From the NCBI RefSeq assembly GCF_000372725.1, contig NW_005202427.1, forward strand, positions 124,001 through 188,000: DNA of 64,000 nucleotides, given 5' to 3'. The notes under the pieces were generated by a model, which saw only the letters and a list, made by a program, of their open reading frames with translations, was not told the DNA's origin and made no database searches. This stretch comes from Emiliania huxleyi CCMP1516 (taxonomy: Eukaryota). Both the position numbers and the translations under genes were made by a program. Positions 1-10,731 of this stretch are shown piece by piece (the first letter of the stretch is position 1; every line of letters begins with the position of its first letter).

Positions 1-224
1 CACAGCTCTGGACCAGGTGCTTGATTACGTTACCGGATCCCAGCGATAAGCTCCCGAATTCCGGAATCCGGCCGCCGATTCCGTTCCCATGCAGGTGTCA
101 TCATGCATTTCCTATAAGGAAACGACCATCAGGAAACGACCATCTGTAGAGGCAATCGCCGTCCGGAGGCTTCCTTCGGTCGTCCATTGCTGCGATTTCG
201 CCGTCGTAGTGGCCGTCGCCCGAG

Positions 225-1994
225 ATGACGGCATCCGAGGCCGGGTCCTCGGGGGAGGAGGTGACAGGGGAGGTAATGACGCGGGAGGAAGAGCCGAAGC
301 AAGCGGACTCTTCAGACCCGCCAGACAGTGATGATGATGGCATTGATCGTGCAGGCGCATTTGATGTGGAGAGCCCGAGCCGGTTTGGAGCGCCGCCCAA
401 GCACAGTGGTTGTAACTCCAACACGCCAGGGAACAAATTCCGGATCAAGAGCAACCAGATGCGGAACCGGTCCGTCTCACACCCGAATCTCTCCAGCGAG
501 GCCCCCAACAGTGGCCTGCAGACAGCCCCGAGGCGGCGGCTGATTGGGTTTGGGTCCAAGCTGCCAGGGCAGCAGGAAATGGCGGCTCTCCGGGCGCGGC
601 AAGCGGCAGCCGAGCTGCTTCCCGCCATGCTTACCTCCGCTCTCTTCGCTACGCTCCTGCTGCTGCACCTGGGCCGCGTCCTCGCCTGCAGCTCGGGCAC
701 GCCGCAAAGCCTGAGCGCGCTGATGCCAAGGAACTGGGACTGGAAGTGCGTCGGGGACCCGATCATGAATCGCCGCTTCGTCCCATTGCACGCGCTTGCT
801 GTCTGCGTCTTCTGCACCCGCTTCGTGCTCGAGCTGCGGAGCTGCTTTCAGTTCCTGCGCCGCAGCTGGAGGCTGCGCGCCTCGGATACAGCGCAGGATG
901 CAGCGATGCGGCTGGGTGCGCCGACAGCGCCCCTGCGACCTAGCCTACACACGCAGCGAGTCCCCGCTACCCCTCACCCCTCCACCCCCCCCCCCCCCCC
1001 CCACCCCCCCCACCCCACCCCCCCACCCCCCCCACCCCTCTCACCGCCTCGATCACGGCGTGCAGGGGAGAAGCTCGAGCAGTGGCGTTCCCACGCGGCA
1101 AGCGTTGGCCAAGACAGCACCAAGGTGCTGCTCGCGCGGCTCGCGGAGGTCTTCATCGCAGTGTACACTCTTTGCCTCTTCCCACCCATCGAGGATATCA
1201 CATACGCACCCAGCTCGGAGCCGTCGATCGTAAAGTTGACCCCGGGCCCGTCGCGTCCTTGCGTGGACACGTCCAACCAATGCGGTGACTGGGCTAAAGC
1301 GGGCGAGTGCGAGAAGAACCCGCGCTTCATGCTGAGGACGTGCTCAAAAGCGTGCGGCGGGTGCGGCGCGACAACGTCCGCCCCCCAGCCCACCGTCGAA
1401 GACCGCGAACCGTGGTGGCTCGGGACTGAATACTTCTACGAGCCGTGGCCTGAGGAGGCCCCTCGGACGGTCGCCTTGTTCGCTGGGAGCCTGCTGCTGG
1501 GGCTGGCTGCCTTGAGGCTGCTCGCGCCGCCGCGTGCTGTGCAGACGGCGCGCGGCTCCGCGCATTCCATTCGTACCCCGCCAGCTAACGACCCTGAGCC
1601 CGTCTTGCCTCCCGCCCCCTCTCAGATCCTCATCGGCCCTGCGCACTACTTGCTGCTGATCGCGCAGCTCATCCTTGCGGTCGGCACGGCGCTCTGCCGC
1701 GCGCCCGCCGTAGCGTGTGCCATCATCAGCGGCGCCGCAAACGCAATCCGCTGCCGCATCATCATGTTCCTCGGCGGAACAGCTCCCGCCGTGGCTGAGG
1801 AAAAGGCTGCTACCCGGGTGCCGAGCCCTGCGAGGTCGCACAGCGAGCCCTCGCCGCGACGGCGCCTGAGCAGGTCATCGAACCAGACCCCGAGGAAGGC
1901 AAGGCTCAAGTCGCCGCCCGTGATGACGGAGGCCGATGTGACCGACTGCAGCAGCTCTTCCCTCACGGCCGATGAGGTCTCTAAAGACAAATGA
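225..1994 (+). CDS. Multi-TM protein with ShKT domain
   Basis: ShKT pattern CVDTSNQCGDWAKAGECEKNPRFMLRTCSKACGGC (1260-1364) and several hydrophobic segments. Probable in-frame GT-AG intron 916-1065 covering the poly-C tract. Confidence 0.7.
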   Translation: MTASEAGSSGEEVTGEVMTREEEPKQADSSDPPDSDDDGIDRAGAFDVESPSRFGAPPKHSGCNSNTPGNKFRIKSNQMRNRSVSHPNLSSEAPNSGLQTAPRRRLIGFGSKLPGQQEMAALRARQAAAELLPAMLTSALFATLLLLHLGRVLACSSGTPQSLSALMPRNWDWKCVGDPIMNRRFVPLHALAVCVFCTRFVLELRSCFQFLRRSWRLRASDTAQDAAMRLGAPTAPLRPSLHTQRVPATPHPSTPPPPPHPPHPTPPPPPPLSPPRSRRAGEKLEQWRSHAASVGQDSTKVLLARLAEVFIAVYTLCLFPPIEDITYAPSSEPSIVKLTPGPSRPCVDTSNQCGDWAKAGECEKNPRFMLRTCSKACGGCGATTSAPQPTVEDREPWWLGTEYFYEPWPEEAPRTVALFAGSLLLGLAALRLLAPPRAVQTARGSAHSIRTPPANDPEPVLPPAPSQILIGPAHYLLLIAQLILAVGTALCRAPAVACAIISGAANAIRCRIIMFLGGTAPAVAEEKAATRVPSPARSHSEPSPRRRLSRSSNQTPRKARLKSPPVMTEADVTDCSSSSLTADEVSKDK

Positions 1995-2381
1995 TGATCC
2001 CCTCTGTGCCGAGTATTGCATGAAAAACGCAAAAACCAAGTAGTCTTGGGTGTAGCCTAGCTTGGGTGCCGGGTGTACTTTCTTTCTTTTGAAATGCTGC
2101 GGGGAGTTTTCTCTGGCTATCCCCCAAAATAAAGAAATCGACCCGAAATCGCCTCTCCAGTGAAAACACTCTCCCCACAAGTGTGTCTCAAGCCGCGGTG
2201 TTCTGGCTACTGGTGCTTAGAGGTGCCGAGAGGTCTGTAACCTAAGGTCTCAGTGCAAGGTCTAGGCGGAAGGACTGTGGCTGCAGGAGCAGGTACCCAT
2301 CACGGTGTTCACGCATCACCCCATCAGGCATCAGCCATCACTTTTACCTGTGTGTGGGGTGAATCAGAGATTTGTGTCGTT

Positions 2382-2974
2382 ACGCAGCCCAGGGATTTTT
2401 GTTTGAGTTTCCCAAGTTTTAGGGGGGTAGGTAGGTACTAGGTAGTCGTGCTCGTGGGGCCCGGCAAAAAAGTCGCAGTCTCAGCCTGCAATTCTTCTTC
2501 TCGTGTGCGAGGTCTCGTAAAATTCTTCTTCTGGCGGACGTGCTATACAGAACAAGCTGACGCGGGCCCAATACCTCGATGAGGTGACTTCGACCACTAA
2601 GAACTGGCTGGGGCTGCAGAAGCCAGAAGCAGCGTATCTCGGTCGTTCTTCACACGGCAATCGCAGAGCAGATTGTGAACGAGCTTGCCTGTGGCGGGGG
2701 CGGGCGGGTGCACGGAGCTAAGTGCCTCGCCGCCCTCGCGGGAGTCGCTTAGGCGGCTCCCGAGTGTACCTGTGTTAGTCCCAGTGGCCCAGTGCGCGCC
2801 AGTCCCGTGCTTTGTAAAATTCTTCCCAGGTGTAGTTTATTTTTGCTTGGCCGGCACTCATGATGAAATTCTGCAAAACCCCGACCGGCCCCTGCCCTGC
2901 CCCTACCTACCTACCTACCTACCTACCTACCTACCCTACTTATGGGAAACTCAAAAAGAAATCACGGGATGGGT
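2382..2974. mobile_element. MITE-like element with imperfect TIRs containing TAGG repeats
   Basis: GATTTTTGTTTGAGTTTCCCAAG...GGTAGGTAGGTA (2393-2437) is an imperfect reverse complement of TACCTACCTACCCTACTTATGGGAAACTCAAAAAGAAATC (~2924-2963). No TSD seen. Confidence 0.6.
2675..2812 (+). repeat. Dispersed repeat (family C), nested in the MITE
   Basis: GTGAACGAGCT...GGAGTCGCTTAGGCGGCTCC...CAGTGCGCGCCAGTCCCGTGC recurs at 40477-40605, 40314-40367 and 34501-34535, and inverted at 27509-27648. Confidence 0.6.
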
Positions 2975-4180
2975 GAAGGTGGGGTACTATACCAACTAAA
3001 GTGATGGGTTGGTGGTACTCTCCTGCAACCACAGTCCTTCCTGTGACATGGCAGGCCACTCTCAAGCCCTATACATGCATGCATCAATCAGTCAGATCAC
3101 CCACTTGGGGAGGGTTGACATCGTGGTTTCCGCGGAAAATTTCTTTTTAAAAGTCCAGCGTGAAGAGAGGGAAAACCCCGACGCGAGGGCCGAGACCTAC
3201 CCTACCTACCCCGTCATCAGTGCCGCCGAAGGAAAAATAATACTCAGTGTACCCCATGTATCTTTGTAAGTATCGAGGTCTCGTGACTCGCGGCGAGCCG
3301 AGCCAGGCCACGGCGGGGGGCTCGGCCTGCTGAGAGAAGACCTTCCCCGACGGCAGTGACAATTTACCCGACATCAATCTTCGACGGCAAGCTCGAGAAC
3401 TGCGCCTCCAAAGTCGCCCAGATTCGCCTCTCGCGGCGCGCTGAGTTAGTATCGCCGGTGCGCCAGCCGGCTCTGCTCCACAGCAGGGCATGCCTGACTG
3501 GCTCCTGCTAGCCGTGCGTCCTGGTGGCATCCATTGCCAGCTCAGGTAGCCTCAGGAGGTCGCCTCGCGCACAACTCGGCGCCGCACAGCACCGCTCCGC
3601 GTTACTACCGAGTTAGTATCGTCGACCCACAGAGACTGCTCTTCTGTAGGTGGAGCCGACAAACGCCGGCCGGGTCGCCCCCATCGCCGCCGCCGGGGCG
3701 GCGGCGGCCTCGGCGGACCATCCGGCGCGCCGCGCGCCCGACGGGGAGGTGTTCACCACTCCTGGCTCCTCACCCCGCCACGCCTTCGTGCAGACGCCGT
3801 GGCACCCGCCTCAGGCGCCGCTCGGACTCGGTTGACGGCCGCCCAAGTGCTTGGCTCGTGCCCAGCCGACCGGCAGGCGATGCCCACTCGCTGCTAGGCT
3901 AATCTCGGGCTGTCCGGCGTCAGTGTGGTGCCGTGAGGGGCGCCGCCCCCAAAACTACGACTATTAGTACCGAGCGGGGGCAGTGCATTTAATTCTGTCA
4001 AAAATCGAAATGTGCTCCGTGGGACGTATTGGGCTAGGATCATACGTCCGGGAGGCCCCCCATGCGTGCCGCAACGACCCGCAGTTCTGGTACCACTCTG
4101 TTCACGTTCACAGCTCTTAAGTGTGCCATAACTCCGATCATGAGGTAGACGCCTGTGCAGCCAGCCACAGGTGGACAGCA

Positions 4181-5039
4181 ATGTCAATGTCCCAGAACGT
4201 TAGCCTGCCACAGATCTTCTTGGTCGGAGTTGGCTACTGCCGCGAGTCACGCAGCCTCGCCCACGTCAACTCGTGGGACGATACGATTGAGTCATGCCTT
4301 GACCGGCACGACTGTATCGCCCGCTGCTATGCCTTCCGGAGCTGTGTCGCTGTGGCGTGGGCCGCGACGCCCAAGTCCGACCACTCCCAGTGTCGTGAGC
4401 TAGGAAAGCCGCGATGCGTCAACTACATCACCTACTCGGGGCAGCTTGCTGGAGGAACCGACTCCCACGCCCGAGAGTACGAGTGCCTGAGCCGGTACGC
4501 GGCCCTGCCGGTCGCGCCCTCGCTGCCTCCTATGCCGTCGCCGCCGCGGCCGCCTGTGCGCCCGCCACCCGCGCCCGTCGTGCGGGCTCCGGCTGACATC
4601 ACTGGCATCGTGAGCCTCGCCGTGTGCGTCCTCCTGCTCTACCTCGTGCTCGAGGCGGTGCGGCCAATGCCGCTGTCCGGAGAGCAGGAGGCGGCGATCC
4701 GCGACGTCTTCCGCACCTTTGACAAGGACCGCTCGGGTGCATGCCGCCACCAGGAAGCCGCAGCATCCTCGCCCACGGTCTCATTGCGACCCCCGCCGCC
4801 GCCCGCCTGCCGCCGCAGGCACAATGGATGCCAAGGAGGTGAGCAGGGCGTTGGAGGCGATGGGACTCGACCTCAGCCGGCAGGAGGCGAAGGGGGTGCT
4901 AATGCAGCTCGACAAGGACGGCAGCGGTGCGCTCTCCTTCTCCGAGTTCCGCACCTTGATGCACTCAGCGTGTGGCGGGCTGCGCGGGCTGCCATCGCTA
5001 CGGAAGAATCTGCAGCGGCTCAAGACCGGGCTCGTGTGA
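4181..5039 (+). CDS. Single-TM protein: Cys-rich PAN/apple-like domain, Pro-rich stalk, TM, two EF-hands
   Basis: Splicing GT-AG intron 4737-4818 restores EF-hand DKDRSGTMDAKE. Second EF-hand DKDGSGALSFSE, TM ITGIVSLAVCVLLLYLVL, Cys motif CIARCYAFRSCVAVAW. Start codon uncertain. Confidence 0.7.
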
Positions 5040-6467
5040 TGCGGGCTCGGCGCGCGCGGCCAGTGTGAGATCATTCTCATCGGCCGCCGTCCCGTGGCCA
5101 TCGCCGACGGCATGACCATGATGGAAACGCTGAGACTTGAAATGTGCATGTTGCATGAGAAAATGTGCTGAACCTGGCATACACTCTATACGTGTGTCTT
5201 AAACACAGACGAGTAGTACTGTATTACTGACTGACGTATTGCTGTATTGCTGCTGAGTACTCGTGCCGCCGATCTTTGCCGATCTCCGCCAAGCTGAAGT
5301 GCTCCGCGCCAATCTCGCCGCCAATCTCGACACAGGCACGTGGGAGTCGCGAAAGCTCGCCTTCGGCTTCGCGCGAAGCCGAAGCCGTCTCTCGCACCTC
5401 TGCCAGAGCTCATGCTCTAGCCCATGCTCTAGCTGCAGCGCAACATCACCTCTCATCTCTCCTCGGATGCGCCACAGCGACACGAAAACTGAGCAAGCAG
5501 ATGGTGGCTAGCCGGATCACCTTCACTACGTCACTTTTCTTGCCGCCTCGCCTCCACTTCTACGCTCTCCTCGTGCTGCAGCTTCATGCTACACGCGAAC
5601 AGCGCGGTGGCTGTTAAGGCCATCAGGGCTCCGAAGCTGCGGTACATGGACCTCTCATTGGAGTTGATCGCCTCTGTTCGCTCCTCGGAATTCAGCCACT
5701 CGGGATCAGGGCGAGAGGCCGTCGGCGGATGCGACGGCGCGGCGGCGGCAGCCTCAGCGGCGGAGGGCGTTCTCGAAACTCCACGCACACGCGTTGCGAG
5801 GCAGCGGCGTGGTGCCCGCAGCATGTGCTATGGGATACGTCCCTATTCACAGCAGTGTGAAGGGGGCCCGGGGTTGTGCGTTTACGTGAAGGTAGCGATC
5901 CTGCATTTTCTTCTATCAGTGTGCGTACGTCCCAGTATGGATTGGTGGTGCGTGACAACGATTGCAGACCGATTGTGAATTGCATGAAATCACTCTGAGA
6001 CTGCGTCCAACGAACTCGGGAGCCGCGTCGCGGAAAGGGGGGAAACCCAAAAGACGCGTCGCTCGCACTCCGCACTAGAAAAGTCCGCTCAGTGTGCTCA
6101 GTGTGCTCAGAAAGCGCCGCATATGTGCATATGTATTTATTGTCTTGAGGGTTCTGGCTCCGAGCAGGTCATGGGAGATCGCGTTTCTACGGACACCCCT
6201 TACCCAGTAAACGGAGCGAGTTGCAGGATCTTTGAGCAGCGTTCCGCCCCTTCCGGCATCCGGGTGGTCGGCGACCGCTAAAGCCGTAGCAAGCAGCGCG
6301 CGTGCCGCGCGGGTCCTTCCCCTCCGACACGTTTACAGCTTTGTGTTTTCCTCTGCTTTCTCTCTCTCAACAGACCACAAAGCTCATAACGACCAAAACA
6401 CCTCTCTCTTCTTCTTACGGCCGGGCAATCTGGGCGTGGGCCATACACAAAAGGCGTAAAGGCCTCG

Positions 6468-7664
6468 TCAACCCGACAGCTCCTGGCTCACCTTTTTGAA
6501 TGCTGCCAGGCCAGCATCACAATCCTCCTTGCTGAAGCTCGCCGAGACTATGACGCGCACCCTAGCCGTGCCCTTGGGAACCATCGGGAAGCAGATCGCG
6601 GAGGCGAACACGCCCTCCTCAAATAGCTTCGCGCTGAAAGACCTCGCCAGATCCTCATCGCGGAGCATGACGGGGATGATGGGCGTCTCGGAGTGGCCAA
6701 TGTCGAAGCCGAGGTCGGTGAACCCCTTACGCAGGTAGTCCACATTCCCCCAGAGCTTCTGCACCAGGTGCTCGGACTCGCCCAACATAGTGACAGCTTC
6801 CAGCAGCGCGGCGGTGTCCGGGATGGTCAGCGCAATGGAGAACAGCCGTTGCCGAGCTCCCATCAGGTAGCAATCGATCAGCGGCTGCTTGGCGGCGATG
6901 AAGCCGCCCATGACGGAGAAGGCCTTCGACAGACTACCAATCTCGATGTCCACCTCGCCCTCGAGCCCAAAGTGGTTCACGAGACCCCGCCCGCCCTTGC
7001 CAAGCACTCCTTCCCCGTGTGCGTCGTCCACCATCGTCAGCGCATCGTACTTTTTGGCCAGCTCAACTATCTTCGGCAGTGGGGCCAGATCTCCATCCAT
7101 CGAAAACACGCCGTCTGTGATGATCAATATGAGAGGGTGCTCTCCGTTGGGCTTGGGCTTCTTTTGGAGCTCCGACGCCGCGGCGAGCTTTGACTCTAGG
7201 TCGCTCATGTCGGAGTGCGCGTAAGCAAACTTGTTGCGCACCCCGGCCACCCGCACGGCGTCGATGATCGACGCGTGGTTCAGTTGATCGCTTACCACGA
7301 TGTCATCCTTGTCCATGATCGTCTGCACCGCGGACGCGTTGGCTGCGTAGGCGCTGCTGAAGCACACCGCAGCCTCGGTGCCTTTGAAGTGTGCAATCTC
7401 TCGCTCGAGCTCGACGTGGAGGGCGTGGGTGCCCGCCAGAGTACGATAGCCGGTCCCCATGCCGTACTTCTCGATCGCGGCCTGCGCTGCCTGTTTGAGC
7501 CGCGGCTCTTCCGCAAATCCCAAGTAGTGGGACGAGCAGAAGTTGAGATACGACTTGCCCTCGATCTCAAGGTGAGCTCCCTGGCCCGAGCTGACGACGC
7601 GAGGGACGGTCTTGAGCGCCTGGGCTGCGCTGAGCTTGTTCCAGAATTTTGCTGTCGTGGCCAT
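6468..7664 (-). CDS. PLP-dependent alpha-oxoamine synthase (glycine C-acetyltransferase KBL / BioF family)
   Basis: Motifs NFCSSHYLG, SDQLNHASIID, TDGVFSMDGD, VDDAHGEG, GSLSKAF (PLP Lys) and PMVPKGTARVR. Intronless, ATG at 7664 gives 398 aa. Confidence 0.92.
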   Translation of the reverse strand: MATTAKFWNKLSAAQALKTVPRVVSSGQGAHLEIEGKSYLNFCSSHYLGFAEEPRLKQAAQAAIEKYGMGTGYRTLAGTHALHVELEREIAHFKGTEAAVCFSSAYAANASAVQTIMDKDDIVVSDQLNHASIIDAVRVAGVRNKFAYAHSDMSDLESKLAAASELQKKPKPNGEHPLILIITDGVFSMDGDLAPLPKIVELAKKYDALTMVDDAHGEGVLGKGGRGLVNHFGLEGEVDIEIGSLSKAFSVMGGFIAAKQPLIDCYLMGARQRLFSIALTIPDTAALLEAVTMLGESEHLVQKLWGNVDYLRKGFTDLGFDIGHSETPIIPVMLRDEDLARSFSAKLFEEGVFASAICFPMVPKGTARVRVIVSASFSKEDCDAGLAAFKKVSQELSG

Positions 7665-7753
7665 GGTGGTCGCGGCGGCGAAAAGGACGTTCAAGGCGAA
7701 CCATCGTCGCACGAAAAGAAATCAGATTTCGATCCGCTGTCAGGAAAATCCAT

Positions 7754-7902
7754 CTCGCTGGCCTCTCCGCAGGCCCCCCCGACCGCGTCGAACTCATCGG
7801 CGCGGGCTCTCTCGGCGACGGGACCGGCCCCAGCTTCGGCTGAGGGCTGACAAGCTGCCGAGCCCAAATCACTGTGATCTGTGTGAGAGTGGTGATTTCT
7901 TG
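7754..7902 (+). mobile_element. 3' fragment of dispersed element (family A)
   Basis: Near-identical to 27109-27256. The terminal ACAAGCTGCCGAGCCCAAATCACTGTG is also at ~34793-34819. Confidence 0.7.
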
Positions 7903-7987
7903 TAGAAGGTGGAGGGGAGAGAGCTTACCGGCGGGGCATGCAGTAGACATATAGATTACTAATCCTACGCACAGCAAGTACCCTACA

Positions 7988-8036
7988 GGGGTCCCGACCA
8001 TGCGGAATCGACCCTATCCAGTGCTCAAGTGCTCAA
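7988..8036 (+). mobile_element. Tiny 5'-truncated retroposon insertion with (AGTGCTCA)n tail
   Basis: Flanked by direct repeat CAAGTACCCTACA (7975-7987 and 8034-8046). An inverted copy lies at 21431-21481. Confidence 0.6.
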
Positions 8037-9165
8037 GTACCCTACAAAACACGCGCTGCGTGCGCACAGGGCCAGCGCTATCAACCATGCAATGGGGTGC
8101 GCGGCGGCTAATACTCAACAATCATGCAGGGTCGGAGCTCCACGCTCCACCAAACGGGCGGCTCTATGAACATTGATCATTGTTTCCCGACCGCTCACGC
8201 CGAGCGGCTCACCGGCCGAGCTCGACCCAAGGCCTTCTGTTGTATCTTTCTTTCTTTTCTTTTGCCGGTGGTGTGCTTGCGTGAGCCAGTCCACGCCCTT
8301 GTCGTGCTAGTGCTGTGGAGAAGTAGGTATTTTAAGAATTCTTTTTCTTGAGCCATAGAGAGAAAGAGAGAAATTTATTGAAATCGCGGAGAAGGAGGCC
8401 TGTGAAGGGGAACGGGTAATCACACCGTAAAATGACAGGCACGTTGTGCTGGGTTGTTGCGAGTATGAACAAAAGCGTCGAAAATTTTCTCGAGTTTGAG
8501 GCCCACAGCCGGCGCGCGCTGCCAGGAAGCACCGCTCGCGTGTCGGCCGCACTCCCTGGCACCCAGGGAGTGCGGCCGACCGACCAGACCGAGTAGGCTC
8601 GACGCCGCGCTCGCTGTGGGGCTGCCACAAACTCGCCGCCGAGCATGCCACCGAAGGCGTCCCGTCGGAGGTGATGGAGTTTGAGACCTGAGGCTGCGGA
8701 GGTGACGCCTGAGGTACCGGCCCGTGCACAGCGACTCAGCCGGCGACCGCCACGGGCTCAGACGAGACTTGTCGACGCGTTCCGGCTCAGCTTCACCGTG
8801 GTCATCGGGCGTCTGTCGACGTCAGGACCACCCATACAGCTCGCGGGTTTGAGGTCGCAAGAGCCAAGACGGTGGCGTTTGGACATCCCAACCATCACAC
8901 AAGACAGCCTGTAGGTGATGGCGGGACGGCGCAGTGTTTGTGGCACTCGGCAGTAGGCACCCGCGGCACGGCCCCGCTGTCGGCTCTCGCGGGCTGCGGA
9001 ACCGGCCCCAGAACGGGACGGTCCGGGCGAGTGTGGCAGCTCCTGCGCTAGTATGGGCACCCTCTATCATAGCACTACTTATCCTGGTCATTAGAGCTGC
9101 CAGGGATAGCGTCAGGAGCCGGTAGGAGTCAAAACCCCTCATATATTTGAGACATCGTGGGGCTA

Positions 9166-10439
9166 AGGACGACGATAAATATTGATTCTCGCCCCTCTAA
9201 CTATTGATATTGATTATTGACAGCATCCCCTCTAACTATTGACAATATATTGACATATTGATCGCTGATTTTAATCTCCAAGAGCACCACATGTCGACAC
9301 TTGTCCCAAACATCGCCTAGATGTGGGCTGAAATCGAAATACGAAAAAAATACGAGTTCAAGGCGATTTTTAATGCGGTTTAAGCGATTTCGAAGCGATT
9401 TTGGCCCGTTTTTAACGATTTAGAGCCACTTTCAAGCCCAGGATGGACCCACCTGCTGAGGGAGGGTGTGTAGAGGATGTAGAGTGTAGAGCGCTGTAGA
9501 GCTGTAGAGATGTAGAGCGCTCTGGAGCGCTGTAGACAGTAGAGCTCTACATCCGCCGCGTGACGAACTGCGTGCGTTGTAGAGCGATGTAGAGGCGCTC
9601 TACAACGTGAAATCTCTACAACAAACTCTACATCAAAAGCGGCGAACGAGGCACGGTCGCTCTCCGACATGAGGCGCGTTGCACTTGCCAGTGCTGCCCT
9701 GGCCTTCTGTCTACCCGCCCAATGAGTGGCAGGTGCCTCTGCTGCTATGGCATGCCTCACGGCTGCGACTGGCCGGCGCCTCGGCGCGTCAGCTCGGCTC
9801 GGCGTAGTGATAGTGGCCAGCGCAACTTGCCTGGACTCAACGCTCAGCCAGGAGCTCCCGCACGCGCTGGCGCGAGTCATGGCGCATGCAATGCGCCTGA
9901 ATGCTCGCCTCGCCTCGCGCAAATGCGACCGTCCTCGCAGCCGACAGTCCACCGCCTGCTAAAGAAGCACAGCGACGAATGCGGCACCGGCGACGTATGG
10001 CAGGCTGGTCATGACGCAGTTATAGGGTGTTGTGTGCCGTCAGAGTGACTCTCTGTGTAGTCAGGGCCGTCCATCAGAGCTCCAGTAAGCTGGGAGACAC
10101 CCCATTAGCGCGGCTCGACCTCTTTAAGCCACTGCCTTCCCGGCGGTTTGGCTGTAGAGCCTCTACAACAAACTCTACAGCAAAATCGCGCTCTACATCG
10201 CTCTACAACGCACGCAGTTCGTCACGCGGCGGATGTAGAGCTCTACAGCTCTACAGCGCTCTACATCTCTACAGCTCTACAGCGCTCTACACTCTACATC
10301 CTCTACACCCTCCCTCAGCCCACCTGACGGTCCTGACCAGCCCAGGCCCAGCCTCTCCTCTAACTATTGCCATATACATTGATATTGATCGCCTCTCTAA
10401 CTATTGGAGCAATATATTCAATATTTATCGTCGTCCCCT
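9166..10439. mobile_element. Outer MITE with TIR GGACGACGATAAATATTGA, TA flanks
   Basis: 9167-9185 is the reverse complement of 10418-10436. Subterminal CTCTAACTATTG repeats occur at both ends, and there is TA on both sides. Confidence 0.75.
9456..10318. mobile_element. Inner non-autonomous DNA transposon with long TIRs and 8-bp TSD
   Basis: TIRs CTGAGGGAGGGTG... (9456-~9595 vs ~10190-10318) rich in TGTAGAG/CTCTACA. Perfect TSD CCCACCTG at 9448-9455 and 10319-10326. Confidence 0.88.
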
Positions 10440-10731
10440 TACGTGAGGCCCAGAGAGTATACTCGCACAACGAGCCCACAGTGATTTCTCTCTTTACTCT
10501 TCTTCCCTAGCTTCTTCTCCCGTGTCGCGTGTGCCGTGAGCCCTTCTTTTTGGCGTTTTGCGCGTCTCAATGTCGATACGACCGGCGGTCAATATATCCT
10601 ACTACGCTCACAGACCCCACCGGACACGCGCCTGTCGCACTCGTGCGGCGGCCACTGCATCCCAGCGCCTGGGGCGAGCAGACAGGCTAAATACGAGAGG
10701 TCCACTCAGACTCTCCATCTCTCTGGTTGCG

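Noticed and set aside
2902..2934. (CCTA)n as telomeric repeats
   Set aside because: It is a 4-bp unit rather than TTAGGG-like, and lies within a MITE terminus.
9460..10310. TGTAGAG/CTCTACA arrays as a CRISPR array
   Set aside because: The units are 7-9 bp without unique spacers and form the inverted termini of a transposon with a TSD. There are no cas genes.
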